From contig JBMFVE010000001.1 in assembly GCA_049966155.1 (NCBI GenBank), positions 722,169-786,168 of the forward strand: DNA of 64,000 nucleotides, read 5' to 3'. This stretch comes from Candidatus Kryptoniota bacterium (GTDB lineage Bacteria; Bacteroidota; Ignavibacteria; Kryptoniales; JAKASW01). The translations under genes and the position numbers were made by a program. Under the pieces are notes generated by a model that did not search any database, was not told where the DNA came from, and saw only the letters and a program-made list of their open reading frames with translations. Below, in pieces: positions 41,393-51,934 of the stretch (position 1 is the first letter of the stretch; each line of letters begins with the position of its first letter).

Positions 41393-42150
41393 ACCTTCAA
41401 CCGTTTAAACACCTTTTCAGGGATCAATCTAACAATCAACATAATGAGTCGCCATATTCCCTTTACGTAAACGACATCCTTTTTCCGTTTGAAAGCTTTC
41501 CAGATACTTTCGCCAACGTGCTCGGGGTCTGCCGTCAGGAGTGCAGGAAGCGCCATTCCTGCCGTCATCTTTGTCCTGACATAACCCGGCTTTATTGTTA
41601 TAACCGATACTCCGTACTGGAAGAGTTTGTTTCTCAGGCCTGATAAGTAAGCTGTCATGCCAGATTTTGAGGCACCATAAACACAATTTGATGCCTTACC
41701 GCGATCTCCGGCAACTGAACTAATTCCAATTATAGTTCCCGCTTTGCGTTGAGAAAAGTCAAATGCAATAACCTCAGCTATGCTCACTCCACCAAGGAAA
41801 TTTGTCTCAACAATTTTTTTTATCTCTTCAAGGTTGTTCTCTAATTTCAGAGGATCCCCACAACTCGAACTCCCGAGATATCCAAAAGCTATCAAAGCAA
41901 CGAGCGGCTTTGGATTAAGAGAATTGTAGAATCCAATATGAGACTTAAAATCTACAGCATCGAAAAATATCACATCCACCTTAACGCCAAATCTCAATCT
42001 TATGTCAGATGCATCTCTTTCAAGATCGTCTGTACTTCTCGATGCCAAATATAAGTTCCATCCGTGCCGAGCGAATGTCCTTGATGCTGCCCTTGCAATG
42101 TCGCTTGCAGCGCCAAGGACCAAAAGCCAATTGCCATTTTCCCCGCTCAT
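41389..42150 (-). CDS. SDR oxidoreductase, DprE2-like
   Basis: LVLGAASDIA, SSVAGDRG, YGASK, KPGYVRTKMT; adjacent to a DprE1-like gene. Confidence 0.85.
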   Translation of the reverse strand: MSGENGNWLLVLGAASDIARAASRTFARHGWNLYLASRSTDDLERDASDIRLRFGVKVDVIFFDAVDFKSHIGFYNSLNPKPLVALIAFGYLGSSSCGDPLKLENNLEEIKKIVETNFLGGVSIAEVIAFDFSQRKAGTIIGISSVAGDRGKASNCVYGASKSGMTAYLSGLRNKLFQYGVSVITIKPGYVRTKMTAGMALPALLTADPEHVGESIWKAFKRKKDVVYVKGIWRLIMLIVRLIPEKVFKRLKV

Positions 42151-43460
42151 ATATCAAGCCTCCTTGACTGCATAGAGTTAAATTTTTCCTTCATTCCAAA
42201 CTCTTTTCTCAACCTCCTGAATGTTTCAGCTTTATGGTATCCACTTTCAAACACTTCCCTCCTCATCCTACTGTCCTTCGTCAGGTAAATTCTGCCGCCA
42301 TTTCTTACTACGACCTCATCAAGCAAAGAGAGAAAATTAAATAGTCCTTTTTCGACTTTGAAATCAAGTGCTAAACTATAGCCTTCCATTGGAAAGGATA
42401 AATAATTCTGATTTTCCTTCCCGTATAGCTTCAGTACAGCAAGAAATGATCCCTTCCCCCTTCTGGCAATCATCGTTAAAATTTCTTCAAGGCCGTTGTA
42501 ACTCTTTTCTTTTGGAAGTATAAACTGATATTGAACAAATCCGTTTTTCCCATACATTCTGTTCCATTCCTTAATGAAATCCAGGGGGTAGAAAAAAGTG
42601 TCGTAATCAACGACTCTTTCACTGCCGCTTTTTCCTGATTTAACATAATAAACGCTGTTAAATAACCTGAGGGCGTACTTATTCAAGACAAACCCGGGTA
42701 AATCAATTGGTACTGGCAATGTAATCTTTTTTGAACTACCAAAATCTCCATCATTTATGAAATCTCCCGCCATTATCACAGATCGTCCTAATTTCCTGCC
42801 GGTAGAAAGGCAGTCGACCCACGCAACCGAGTATCGAAAACTATTGATCACCTCAAACAAATCAAATGTATCCTGTAAATTTTTTGCCCTGTATACAACC
42901 TGTTTAATTTTTGATGAGCCAACACGTACAAGTCTGAACTTGACTGTAAGAATTACACCAGTTAATCCCATCCCTCCACACGTTGCATAAAAAAGTTCAC
43001 TGTTTTCCCGTCGACTGCAAATTTTTATTGAACCATCAGGCATAATTAGTTCAATTTCATTTACAAAATTACTGAAACAACCATCTTGGTGATGATTCTT
43101 GCCATGAATATCGCTGGCAACCGCACCCCCAACAGTAATGAATTTCGTCCCGGGGGTAACAGGGAGGAACCATCCTCGAGGTAAAAACGTATCAATGATA
43201 TCGGAAAGCAGCACCCCCGATTCACAGTGCAGGATACCACTTGAATCATCAAAACTTAGGAATCGGCGAAATCCCGTCATCTGTAGGACCCGCTGGTTTA
43301 GCGCACTATCGCCATAACTCCTCAGGTTACCTATTGGAAGAATATCCTGAGCTTTTCTAACGCTGAACAGAGTCTCTTTAATACTGTAAGGAATAATCTT
43401 TTCGGAATATATCCTGGGATAGCGCCCCCATCCGTACAACAAACCACTCTCTTTATACAT
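42147..43460 (-). CDS. FAD-binding oxidoreductase, DprE1-like
   Basis: GWGR, RSYGDSA, PVTPGTKFITVGGAVASDIHGKNHH, GGMGLTG, YLTKDSR, SMQSRRL. Confidence 0.9.
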   Translation of the reverse strand: MYKESGLLYGWGRYPRIYSEKIIPYSIKETLFSVRKAQDILPIGNLRSYGDSALNQRVLQMTGFRRFLSFDDSSGILHCESGVLLSDIIDTFLPRGWFLPVTPGTKFITVGGAVASDIHGKNHHQDGCFSNFVNEIELIMPDGSIKICSRRENSELFYATCGGMGLTGVILTVKFRLVRVGSSKIKQVVYRAKNLQDTFDLFEVINSFRYSVAWVDCLSTGRKLGRSVIMAGDFINDGDFGSSKKITLPVPIDLPGFVLNKYALRLFNSVYYVKSGKSGSERVVDYDTFFYPLDFIKEWNRMYGKNGFVQYQFILPKEKSYNGLEEILTMIARRGKGSFLAVLKLYGKENQNYLSFPMEGYSLALDFKVEKGLFNFLSLLDEVVVRNGGRIYLTKDSRMRREVFESGYHKAETFRRLRKEFGMKEKFNSMQSRRLDI

Positions 43461-43464
43461 AAAC

Positions 43465-44370
43465 TTACAAATACCTTACCAACCAAAAACTCAACAGCCA
43501 GGTCACTATGATGACCTGTAAAAACTTATCTCTCAAAACAACCTGTGTTGGATTTCCGCTTTGACCTTTCACAAAGGTTATTTGAAGATATCTTAAAATC
43601 CCAATAATAACCATAAAGGATGTTAAATATAGTTTGTCTGTCCCAAATCTCGCCATTACATCAGGAGATATCGTATACATAATGTACGCCACAACAGATA
43701 CACTTGCCATAATGACCATTCCAGATTGCACCATTTCAAGATTATATCCATCAATACTTTTTCTTACGGTCCCCTGTTCAACCGAAATAAGGATATCATC
43801 CCGCCTCTTTGCAATTGCCAGGAACAACGCAAGCAAAAAGGTGACAAGTATGATCCACATAGACGACCTTACATTTATAATCAATGACCCCGCAACCACT
43901 CTCAATACAAACCCTGTTGCAATTATAACCACATCGAGGATTGGAATATGCTTGAGTCCCAAACTGTAAAAGACATTCATAAAAAAGTAAATTAAAATGA
44001 CAATTAAGAATTTCACTGTAATTATCCAGCTGGCTACTGCTGAAAACAAAAACAAAATCATCGCAATTACATAACCTGTCCCGATTTTTACCTCACCGCT
44101 GGCAATAGGCCGTAGTTTCTTTAAAGGATGATTTCTGTCCTGATTTATGTCAAATATATCATTCAGGATATATATGCTGCTCGCGCAGAGCGAGAAAGCA
44201 ACAAATCCTCCACATTCTAACAACCACGTACTCAAGTCAAATTTGAGAGCGAAAAATGCTGGTGCAAATACAAAAAAGTTTTTAACGTAGTGGTCAATAC
44301 GAAGCAGTTTAAAATAAGCTCTTGCTCTTCCTGATATTTTCAATCTAAACCTCCAGATATTTAGGTTCAA
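43465..44370 (-). CDS. UbiA-family decaprenyl-phosphate phosphoribosyltransferase-like protein
   Basis: YVKNFFVFAP, YILNDIFD..DRNHP.K..RPIASG, GFVLRV.AG, KRR. Confidence 0.88.
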   Translation of the reverse strand: MNLNIWRFRLKISGRARAYFKLLRIDHYVKNFFVFAPAFFALKFDLSTWLLECGGFVAFSLCASSIYILNDIFDINQDRNHPLKKLRPIASGEVKIGTGYVIAMILFLFSAVASWIITVKFLIVILIYFFMNVFYSLGLKHIPILDVVIIATGFVLRVVAGSLIINVRSSMWIILVTFLLALFLAIAKRRDDILISVEQGTVRKSIDGYNLEMVQSGMVIMASVSVVAYIMYTISPDVMARFGTDKLYLTSFMVIIGILRYLQITFVKGQSGNPTQVVLRDKFLQVIIVTWLLSFWLVRYL

Positions 44371-44623
44371 ATTTAAGCAGGTAGACCGATTGAATCATCA
44401 CAATGCCGGGGTAGCCCCGAAACCAACATTAAACACGAAATGAGCAATCACACCTTGTATGTCCTTAACTGGCAAATTCCCACAAACCAATAGGTGGTAC
44501 AATAATTGTTTTCTCGTGCTCACTTATCGAAAAACATTTTTCTATATTCGGTTTTTTATAGTTAGATTAGTCCGTATGATTATATTAAAGTTAAAATGAA
44601 GGCACCCAATAGCTCTCAGCGTT

Positions 44624-45445
44624 ATGAAATACGAACCTATAAAAAATAAAATCAGTTCCGCTGTAAGAAGTAATGTGTTTTTAAGAAAAATACTTTATTC
44701 GGTACTCAACTTATTCCTGTTGCGTGCCTGGCACGTCAAGCGGTCTCTCAGAAAGGCCTTCAAAGATACCCGATTTGCCTCAGCTCTTGACGCAGGCTGC
44801 GGAATGGGAGAGTTTTCATATTACATTTTCAGGAAATTTGATGCCGAGGTCCTGGGAGTGGATATCCTCGGTGAAGAAGTAATAAGAAATTCTAACTTTG
44901 CAAGCCGCATTGCAAGCAACCGCCTTTCTTTTATACAAGCAGACATATCGGCAAAAGATCTACCTAATTTGCTAAACCGTAAATTTGATTTAATCCTTTC
45001 TGTAGATGTGATGGAGCACATAAAAGATGACGTTGCTGTCTTCAGGAATTTCGCTGATTTACTGAACAATAACGGGGTTGTCATTATCTCTACACCGTCT
45101 GGGAGCGATTCTGAAATTGACAATGGACACAAATCATTTGTTGATGAACATTATAGAGATGGGTACTCCATAAACTCACTCAAAAAAAAGCTACAATCGG
45201 CAAATTTAAGAGTGCTCAGTACTTCCTATACATACGGCTGGGCCGGGTCGGTTTACTGGAATCTTTCAATTAAGATCCCAATGACCATCTTAAACAAATC
45301 GGACTTATTTTTTGTTATAATACCTTTTTATCTGATCATAACGTTTCCCATTTCACTTATTTTTATGGCAATTGATTATTTTTTCCCTCCTTCCTCAGGA
45401 GGCGGATTGTTAGTGGTAGCAACGAGATCAAGTGAAACAATTTAA
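44624..45445 (+). CDS. Class I SAM-dependent methyltransferase
   Basis: LDAGCGMG, VDVMEHI, STPS, EHYRDGY. Confidence 0.88.
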   Translation: MKYEPIKNKISSAVRSNVFLRKILYSVLNLFLLRAWHVKRSLRKAFKDTRFASALDAGCGMGEFSYYIFRKFDAEVLGVDILGEEVIRNSNFASRIASNRLSFIQADISAKDLPNLLNRKFDLILSVDVMEHIKDDVAVFRNFADLLNNNGVVIISTPSGSDSEIDNGHKSFVDEHYRDGYSINSLKKKLQSANLRVLSTSYTYGWAGSVYWNLSIKIPMTILNKSDLFFVIIPFYLIITFPISLIFMAIDYFFPPSSGGGLLVVATRSSETI

Positions 45446-45462
45446 AAAACGAGAGCGAGATT

Positions 45463-47964
45463 ATGAGTAAACAGAAAAAGAAGCAAAATAACGATAACTC
45501 ACAAAAGAGCCAGCAACTTGTTCCTCAGAAATATGAAACTCCTGTTCTACTCTTGCTTCTTGTTCTCCTGTTAGTGATCTTTTTCCGCGAAGCGATATTT
45601 GAAGGAAAGATATTCGGTGCGCCTGATGCGATTTCTCCGATGAGTTTCAAGACCTACCTTGAAGAGGCAAAAACGGAAAACGTTTTTCCGCTCTGGATCC
45701 CATATGTATTTAGTGGAATGCCTTCCTTTGCAAGTTTGATGGTACAGGGAACACGGTGGTATGATATAACAAATTACATATGGGGACAAATTGTTCATCT
45801 AGTTTCTTACATTTTTATAAATCCCGACATTGCTTGGTACATTGTATATTATTTCCTCTTTGGGGCTGGGATTTTTCTTTTAATGAGGAAGTTGGGACTG
45901 GGAAAGTTCCCCAGCTTCTTTGCTGGAACGGCAACCGTTTTTATGATGTACGTAATTATCTGGGTAATGGTTGCACATGGCACAAAGATTCTGACAATTA
46001 CATTTCTACCGTATATCTTTCTCTTTGTTTTGGAGACAAAGGATAAATTCAGGTGGATAACCATGGCAGGGCTCATTTTATCAATTCATCTGATGCTTGA
46101 AGGCTCACATGTTCAGATGATTTTTTATTCCCTGTTTGCCCTTGGTGCCTATTTTATATATTCTCTGGCATACTCAATTGTTAGAAAAGAAAAGCTTACG
46201 CCTTACTGGCGAATGATTCTTTCAACAATAATTGCCGGCATAATTGCATTTGGCATGTCCTCCGACAGGTATCTTTCAATACTGGAATATAATAAGTACT
46301 CAATTCGTGGCTCGCAGCCGCTCGTAAAAAATGAAAGTGTGAAATCTGCCGATGAGGGAGGACTTGACTATGAATATGCCACAAATTGGTCGTTCAGTCC
46401 GGAAGAGATGATCACGTTTTTTATTCCGTCATACTACGGATTTGGCGATTATGAATATCAGGGCCCTCTTTCAAACAACCAGATGGTGCGGGTCAACACT
46501 TACTTTGGTCAAATGCCATTCACAGACGCACCTGAGTATATGGGGGTTATAACTATAATTCTTGCCATAATAGGCTTCGTAAAGTATCGAAAGGAGCTTT
46601 TCGTACAATTCTCCCTTTTCATGGTAATTGTCTCACTTCTTATCTCCTTTGGCAGGACTTTTCCTGTGCTGTTTGATTTAATGTTTTACCATTTCCCATA
46701 TTTTAACCGCTTCCGTGCTCCCAGCATGATTTTAATTTTAGCACAAATTTTTTTACCTGTATTGTCGGCTTATGGACTACAGGCTGTATTTGAGGCCGGT
46801 AAACACAACACAGTTAAGTTTGCAAAAAGATCACTTTACTGGTTTGGGGCTTTTCTAGTCTTTCTGCTACTAGCATACTTGTTCAAGGGATATCTGCAGG
46901 ATTCATATTTTGCGTTGGTCCAGAACTCGCACAAAATTCCTCAGCAAATTTATTCCCTCCTTTTTGATAACATGATGAGCGATTTGACGGTTTCACTTCT
47001 AATTTCAGCTGCCACCAGCCTTGTCATTTATTTGTTTTTGAAGAAAAAACTCTCATTTGCCATGTCGGCTTTCACTTTCCTCGTTATTCTGCTGTTCGAT
47101 ATGTGGAGGGTAGATGTCAGACCCATGTTCTATAGTGACAAGCAGGATGTCGCCAGCATCTTTGCGAAGCCTGATTACGTGTCTTATATTCAGCGCGACA
47201 CGACTTTATACAGGGTCATACAACTTCAAAATCACCAGCCTGTCACTTCAAACACGCTGGCCTATTTCCTTCTCCAAAATGCATATGGATATACAGGTGC
47301 AAAATTGAGAAATTATCAAAACATGATGGAAGTAGCAGGCATAACAAACCCAAATGTAATGCGGCTTCTTGGAATAAAGTACATTATCTCGGACAAACCG
47401 GACAATTCCCTGGGGGTTTTGGCTTTCTCAGGCACTCAGCTGGTTTACAAAAATAATAATATACTTCCAAGGGCGTTCTTTGTAGAAAGATACCAGGTCG
47501 CCCCAGCACTGGAAATTCTTGAAGATCTAAGGGATGGGAAATTTGATCCTGTTCAAACAGCATATTTTCAGACTGATCCGGGGGTACAAATTGAAAAACC
47601 TGACAGCAGCGCTTCGGTAAGAGTTGTCGATTACAAATTACAGGAAATGAAGATTGATGTTCACGCCAGCGGCAATAACTTTCTTGTGATATCCGAGATT
47701 TATTATCCTAAGGGCTGGCATGCGTTTATTGATGGCAAACCTGCAGAGATTTATCCTGTTGATTACTTCTTGCGCGGCTTGAGCATTCCAAAGGGGAATC
47801 ACATTGTCACGCTGAAATTTGAGCCGCGGACTTACTACGTTGGCCGTGGAATAAGCATTGCGACCAACGTGCTCATAATCATCTGGCTCACAGGCTCTTT
47901 AGCAGTCTACCTGATTAACAGGAAGAAGGAGCTTAAAGATGCACTTACATCCAATAAATTATAA
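45463..47964 (+). CDS. YfhO-family polytopic membrane protein (GT-C glycosyltransferase)
   Basis: PLWIPY.FSGMP, FRAPS, C-terminal SEIYYPKGW.A.IDG...G.H.V...F.P; many TMs. Confidence 0.85.
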   Translation: MSKQKKKQNNDNSQKSQQLVPQKYETPVLLLLLVLLLVIFFREAIFEGKIFGAPDAISPMSFKTYLEEAKTENVFPLWIPYVFSGMPSFASLMVQGTRWYDITNYIWGQIVHLVSYIFINPDIAWYIVYYFLFGAGIFLLMRKLGLGKFPSFFAGTATVFMMYVIIWVMVAHGTKILTITFLPYIFLFVLETKDKFRWITMAGLILSIHLMLEGSHVQMIFYSLFALGAYFIYSLAYSIVRKEKLTPYWRMILSTIIAGIIAFGMSSDRYLSILEYNKYSIRGSQPLVKNESVKSADEGGLDYEYATNWSFSPEEMITFFIPSYYGFGDYEYQGPLSNNQMVRVNTYFGQMPFTDAPEYMGVITIILAIIGFVKYRKELFVQFSLFMVIVSLLISFGRTFPVLFDLMFYHFPYFNRFRAPSMILILAQIFLPVLSAYGLQAVFEAGKHNTVKFAKRSLYWFGAFLVFLLLAYLFKGYLQDSYFALVQNSHKIPQQIYSLLFDNMMSDLTVSLLISAATSLVIYLFLKKKLSFAMSAFTFLVILLFDMWRVDVRPMFYSDKQDVASIFAKPDYVSYIQRDTTLYRVIQLQNHQPVTSNTLAYFLLQNAYGYTGAKLRNYQNMMEVAGITNPNVMRLLGIKYIISDKPDNSLGVLAFSGTQLVYKNNNILPRAFFVERYQVAPALEILEDLRDGKFDPVQTAYFQTDPGVQIEKPDSSASVRVVDYKLQEMKIDVHASGNNFLVISEIYYPKGWHAFIDGKPAEIYPVDYFLRGLSIPKGNHIVTLKFEPRTYYVGRGISIATNVLIIIWLTGSLAVYLINRKKELKDALTSNKL

Positions 47965-48066
47965 ACAAGGCATATTAGTTTGGAAACTGGCAATTTGGCT
48001 TGATAAAAAAGCTGGTCATCATAAATTGAACTGCAATATCGAATCAAAACGGAGGTCGGAATTCAA

Positions 48067-49653
48067 ATGACGAGACTTCTTTCTAACATTCTGATATTTG
48101 CTTTTGCTCTGCATGGTTACGGACAAACTGTACCCACCCTGCACTTAAACAGGCACGAATTTCAGGCTCCTGACAGTATAGATGAGTACGTTCAAACTGT
48201 GATGAAGACTTTTAATGTGCCGGGTTTGGCTCTGGCAATCGTCAAGGATGGAAAGATAATCACTGCAAAAGGATTTGGCGTGAGGCAAATTGGTCAAAAC
48301 ACAAAGGTAGACGATGAAACTCTCTTCGGGATTGCCTCGAACACAAAGGCTTTTACTGCCACGGCTCTTGCTATCCTTGTCGAAGAGGGAAAAATTGACT
48401 GGGACGAACCTGTCATTAATTATTTACCCTGGTTTCGGATGTCAGATCCTTATGTTACAAGTCAACTGACCGTGCGGGATCTTCTTGTGCACAGGAGTGG
48501 GCTCGGACTTGGTGCTGGTGATCTCTTATGGTGGCCACAATCAGACTACACACGAAGTGAAATAGTCAGACGTTTGAGCTTCGTGCCTCTGGCTACCAGT
48601 TTTCGAAGCACATTCGCGTATGACAATGTTCTCTACCTTGTTGCCGGTGAATTGATTAAAGAGGTTACAGGGGAGCCATGGGAAAAATTTGTGAAATCGC
48701 ATATTCTCGATAAGGTTGGAATGACAGGCACCATAGATGACATTTCTTTTCTCTCAAAAGAAAAAAATGTCGCATCTCCTCACGCTATTATTAACAACAA
48801 ACTTATGCCGGTAAAACCATATACAGATCCTGTCACTAACCCAGCAGGCGGAATATGTTCAAATGCGGCTGACATAGCCAGGTGGATGATTGTACAGCTC
48901 GATTCTGGACGTGTTCAAGACAGTGTGAGAATATTCCACCCTTCGACATCCGTTCAACTTTGGAGTCTTATTACACCAATCAAAGTGCAGAAGGTACCGG
49001 ACTTTCTCAGTCCAATGCAGAGGAACTTTTATGGATATGGACTCGGATTTTTCATCAGTGACTATCGGGGTTATAAACTGGTAAGCCATACGGGAAGCCT
49101 GCCAGGGTACGCTTCCCAAATCGCATTGATCCCTGCATTGAAACTCGGCGTGGCAATCTTAACAAACCAGGAATCAGTATATGCTTTTAAAACTATCACT
49201 TATCACATTTTGGACTATTACCTCGGCGTTACAGGATTTGACTGGATGACGGGCTTCAAAAGAATGAAAACTGAAGATGATTCTTTAATTTCAGCCGCAG
49301 AAAGAGCTTCTGCAGCAGAGAGAGATTCCCTTTCGGGCCCATCACTCCCCCTTCAAAAATATGCCGGGAGATACAGGGATGCCTGGTATGGAGATGTCCT
49401 TATAACATATCAAAATGGAAGACTTACCATTAAGTTTTCTCACACACCTCAGCTAACAGGGGAGTTGATCCACTGGCAGTATGACACGTTTCTGGCAGTG
49501 TGGACTGACCGAGAATTACGGGCAGATGCGTTTGTCACATTTGCACTAAACGCGGACGGTTCGATCGACCAAGCGAAAATGAAGCCTTTTTCTCCAGCGA
49601 CAGACTTTAGTTTTGATTTCCAGGATTTGCTCCTGAAACCAGTTCACAGGTAG
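48067..49653 (+). CDS. Serine hydrolase, beta-lactamase/AmpC family with DUF3471-like C-terminus
   Basis: Signal peptide; SxxK (ASNTK), YxN (YDN), HTG. Confidence 0.9.
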   Translation: MTRLLSNILIFAFALHGYGQTVPTLHLNRHEFQAPDSIDEYVQTVMKTFNVPGLALAIVKDGKIITAKGFGVRQIGQNTKVDDETLFGIASNTKAFTATALAILVEEGKIDWDEPVINYLPWFRMSDPYVTSQLTVRDLLVHRSGLGLGAGDLLWWPQSDYTRSEIVRRLSFVPLATSFRSTFAYDNVLYLVAGELIKEVTGEPWEKFVKSHILDKVGMTGTIDDISFLSKEKNVASPHAIINNKLMPVKPYTDPVTNPAGGICSNAADIARWMIVQLDSGRVQDSVRIFHPSTSVQLWSLITPIKVQKVPDFLSPMQRNFYGYGLGFFISDYRGYKLVSHTGSLPGYASQIALIPALKLGVAILTNQESVYAFKTITYHILDYYLGVTGFDWMTGFKRMKTEDDSLISAAERASAAERDSLSGPSLPLQKYAGRYRDAWYGDVLITYQNGRLTIKFSHTPQLTGELIHWQYDTFLAVWTDRELRADAFVTFALNADGSIDQAKMKPFSPATDFSFDFQDLLLKPVHR

Positions 49654-49873
49654 AGGATCTTTTCCTTCATTTCTTAGTACTCCAGATCAATTAACTGTAA
49701 GAACGGATATTGAGCCTTGAAAGGATCCATAGAAAATTTTTCTCTGTGAAGCGGTAATTTTTTCCATATAAACCCGCTGTAAAAACAAACCACCCTCCAG
49801 CCTCCTCCATGTAACCCACTTAATATCGGTATATTACACCGACACCAACCGTCGGAAAAGAAGTTTTCATCTC

Positions 49874-49889
49874 TGGCACGAGAAACGCA
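49874..49889 (+). promoter_or_regulatory. Sigma54-like -24/-12 element
   Basis: TGGCACGAGAAACGCA: GG-N10-GC with a perfect TGGCACG block, just upstream of the 119-aa ORF. Confidence 0.45.
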
Positions 49890-49902
49890 CTTACTTGGGC
49901 AG

Positions 49903-50262
49903 TTGAAGATGAAAACATTCTGGCACATATTGACACTTTCCGCAGGGCTCCTACTAGCAGGCTCTGGCGTACAAACCGCCAGTGCCCAGGTATCCGCCAC
50001 TGTGGTGGTTACACTTAGGGTTGTCCCAGGACCCAACGCAGAATTCGTTCAGCACCAGCCTTCAACTCCATCACAGATGCCGTCTATAATTGAGAACGGA
50101 CACATGACCTTAAGGGGTATTGGGAGCCTGAGCGTATCTGTACAAAAGGAAAACAGCATTGTTCACTCCCAGCTCAATTTAAGCGGCGCAGCGCCCGCCA
50201 GGCTAGACGTGGGTACCCAAGGTGCTGTCAAGCAAATGACCCTAACTTATTTGAGCAGTTAG
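49903..50262 (+). CDS. Small hypothetical secreted beta-rich protein
   Basis: Signal peptide ending ASA-Q; start may be ATG 49909. Confidence 0.6.
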   Translation: MKMKTFWHILTLSAGLLLAGSGVQTASAQVSATVVVTLRVVPGPNAEFVQHQPSTPSQMPSIIENGHMTLRGIGSLSVSVQKENSIVHSQLNLSGAAPARLDVGTQGAVKQMTLTYLSS

Positions 50263-50295
50263 AATTTTATACCTCCGTCGCTACGAAATTAATTA

Positions 50296-51162
50296 TTAAA
50301 CCTGAACAAACTTTTTAAAGCTTTCCCTGAATACTTCGATTTTGTGTTTCTTGGGGAGCGATCTGTTGATCATAGGGTAGAGAATCAATTCCTCTTTCTT
50401 ATTATGCGTTGCAAGTTTGCCACCAAGATTATCTATGCCATCCAAAAACACTCTAATATCGAGTTTTTCTGATGGAGCAGAAATGTAGGACGTAATCACT
50501 CGGTGTTCGTCAATCATGACCTGGATAGGCCCGTGTTGTTCTGGCGGTGCTATATCTATGAATGCAGGGAAAAGAACCGATTCTTCTAATTCTATATGAG
50601 TCAGTAGTTGAGCCCTTAGTTTAGCATACAATCTTACTGCTCTGTCGGTGTCAAGATCTTCGCGCTTGAGACGCGAGAGGTTTAAATCAATCCGTTTATG
50701 ATCGTATTCATATAAGGACCACACGTCCGATCGTCGCTTTTCAAACTCAACAGCATGAGATTCCTCAATTAACTTCTGAAAATCTTCATCTGAGAGCTTT
50801 TCTCTAAGGTGTGGAAGGAGTTGATTTTCCTCAACGCCAAAATGTTTAAGAAGCAGCTCCATAAAATATTTAGCTTCCGTTACAACATGCTCAACATCAC
50901 CTCTCGAGAATGCACCATCAATCACGTCAATGCCCTGCTTGATTTCCTTATGTTCTCGAATAAGACCGTTTATAAAATCTTTATCCTCATCTGCCGAATA
51001 AAGCAATATCTCCTCTGCTTCAGCATGAGATATTAAGTATTCATTTGAATATGATAATAATAAAGATGCGTCAGCCGCATCCTGCACCACACGGTCAACA
51101 TACAGCTGAAGATCCCTCATTAGTTCTTGATGATGTTTATGTAGCAGCTCAAAAGCATTCAT
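50296..51162 (-). CDS. Tandem hemerythrin-domain protein
   Basis: HAEAEE, EH, HFGVEE, DH, HIELEE, EH, HNKKEE motifs. Start ATG 51162 after GGAGG (track 51252). Confidence 0.85.
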   Translation of the reverse strand: MNAFELLHKHHQELMRDLQLYVDRVVQDAADASLLLSYSNEYLISHAEAEEILLYSADEDKDFINGLIREHKEIKQGIDVIDGAFSRGDVEHVVTEAKYFMELLLKHFGVEENQLLPHLREKLSDEDFQKLIEESHAVEFEKRRSDVWSLYEYDHKRIDLNLSRLKREDLDTDRAVRLYAKLRAQLLTHIELEESVLFPAFIDIAPPEQHGPIQVMIDEHRVITSYISAPSEKLDIRVFLDGIDNLGGKLATHNKKEELILYPMINRSLPKKHKIEVFRESFKKFVQV

Positions 51163-51252
51163 TGAATTAGACCTCCATAATTTAGTATTAAATTCAGAAG
51201 ATGCTAAGGAACATATTTCTGTGAAATCACCGTTCATTACTAATCGGCGCAA

Positions 51253-51921
51253 TCAACCTCTCATACCAATTGAATCAACTACAGCCACAATGTCATCTAC
51301 CGACCCTCCGACACCAAAGTGCTTGTAACTTATCTCGCCTTTTCTGTTTAAGATAGTTATTTGATTGGAGTGGTCAAAATCACCATCTCCCTTTTTGACA
51401 AATGAGACACCGAGCAATGCACCGAGGGACTGAATCGCATCTTCCTTTCCAGTGAGTAAAGTCCATTTATTTAAATCGAGATTTTGCCTTTCTGACAATG
51501 CGCGCAGCACCGACGGAGTATCTCTTGAAGGATCCATCGTGACAAGAACAAAAGCTACTTTGCCTGGGTCTTGAATCGAGATTCGCTGTTCAACCTTTTT
51601 CATGTCATTTATGAGCAATGGACAGGAGATTGTGCAGTGAGAATAAAACATTGAAAGAATGACAACCTTCCCTCTAAAGTTTGCTAGAACTTTACCTTTA
51701 CCGTTCTCGTCAGTCCATGACGAGCCATCCTGATAAATGGACAACTCGTTCTGTACGTCATACACAGATGGTGGAATGCAGCATGAATCATCTATGAATT
51801 TGTATTCTTTTGGCTGCAAACTTTTGCCTTCCCTATTTTTAGTGGCAACCATGTATATTGAGAGCAAGATTACCAACCCAGAGAAGATCGCTGACAGAGT
51901 GTTATGCTTGCGAATAAACAT
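51253..51921 (-). CDS. SCO family protein
   Basis: YSHCTISCP CxxxC, DPSRDT, DHSN. Start ATG 51921 (track 51981). Confidence 0.88.
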   Translation of the reverse strand: MFIRKHNTLSAIFSGLVILLSIYMVATKNREGKSLQPKEYKFIDDSCCIPPSVYDVQNELSIYQDGSSWTDENGKGKVLANFRGKVVILSMFYSHCTISCPLLINDMKKVEQRISIQDPGKVAFVLVTMDPSRDTPSVLRALSERQNLDLNKWTLLTGKEDAIQSLGALLGVSFVKKGDGDFDHSNQITILNRKGEISYKHFGVGGSVDDIVAVVDSIGMRG

Positions 51922-51934
51922 AATAACCTCAAAT

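Noticed and set aside
49674-50036. 120-aa minus-strand ORF
   Set aside because: Antisense to a signal-peptide ORF with its own promoter-like element; composition is not protein-like.
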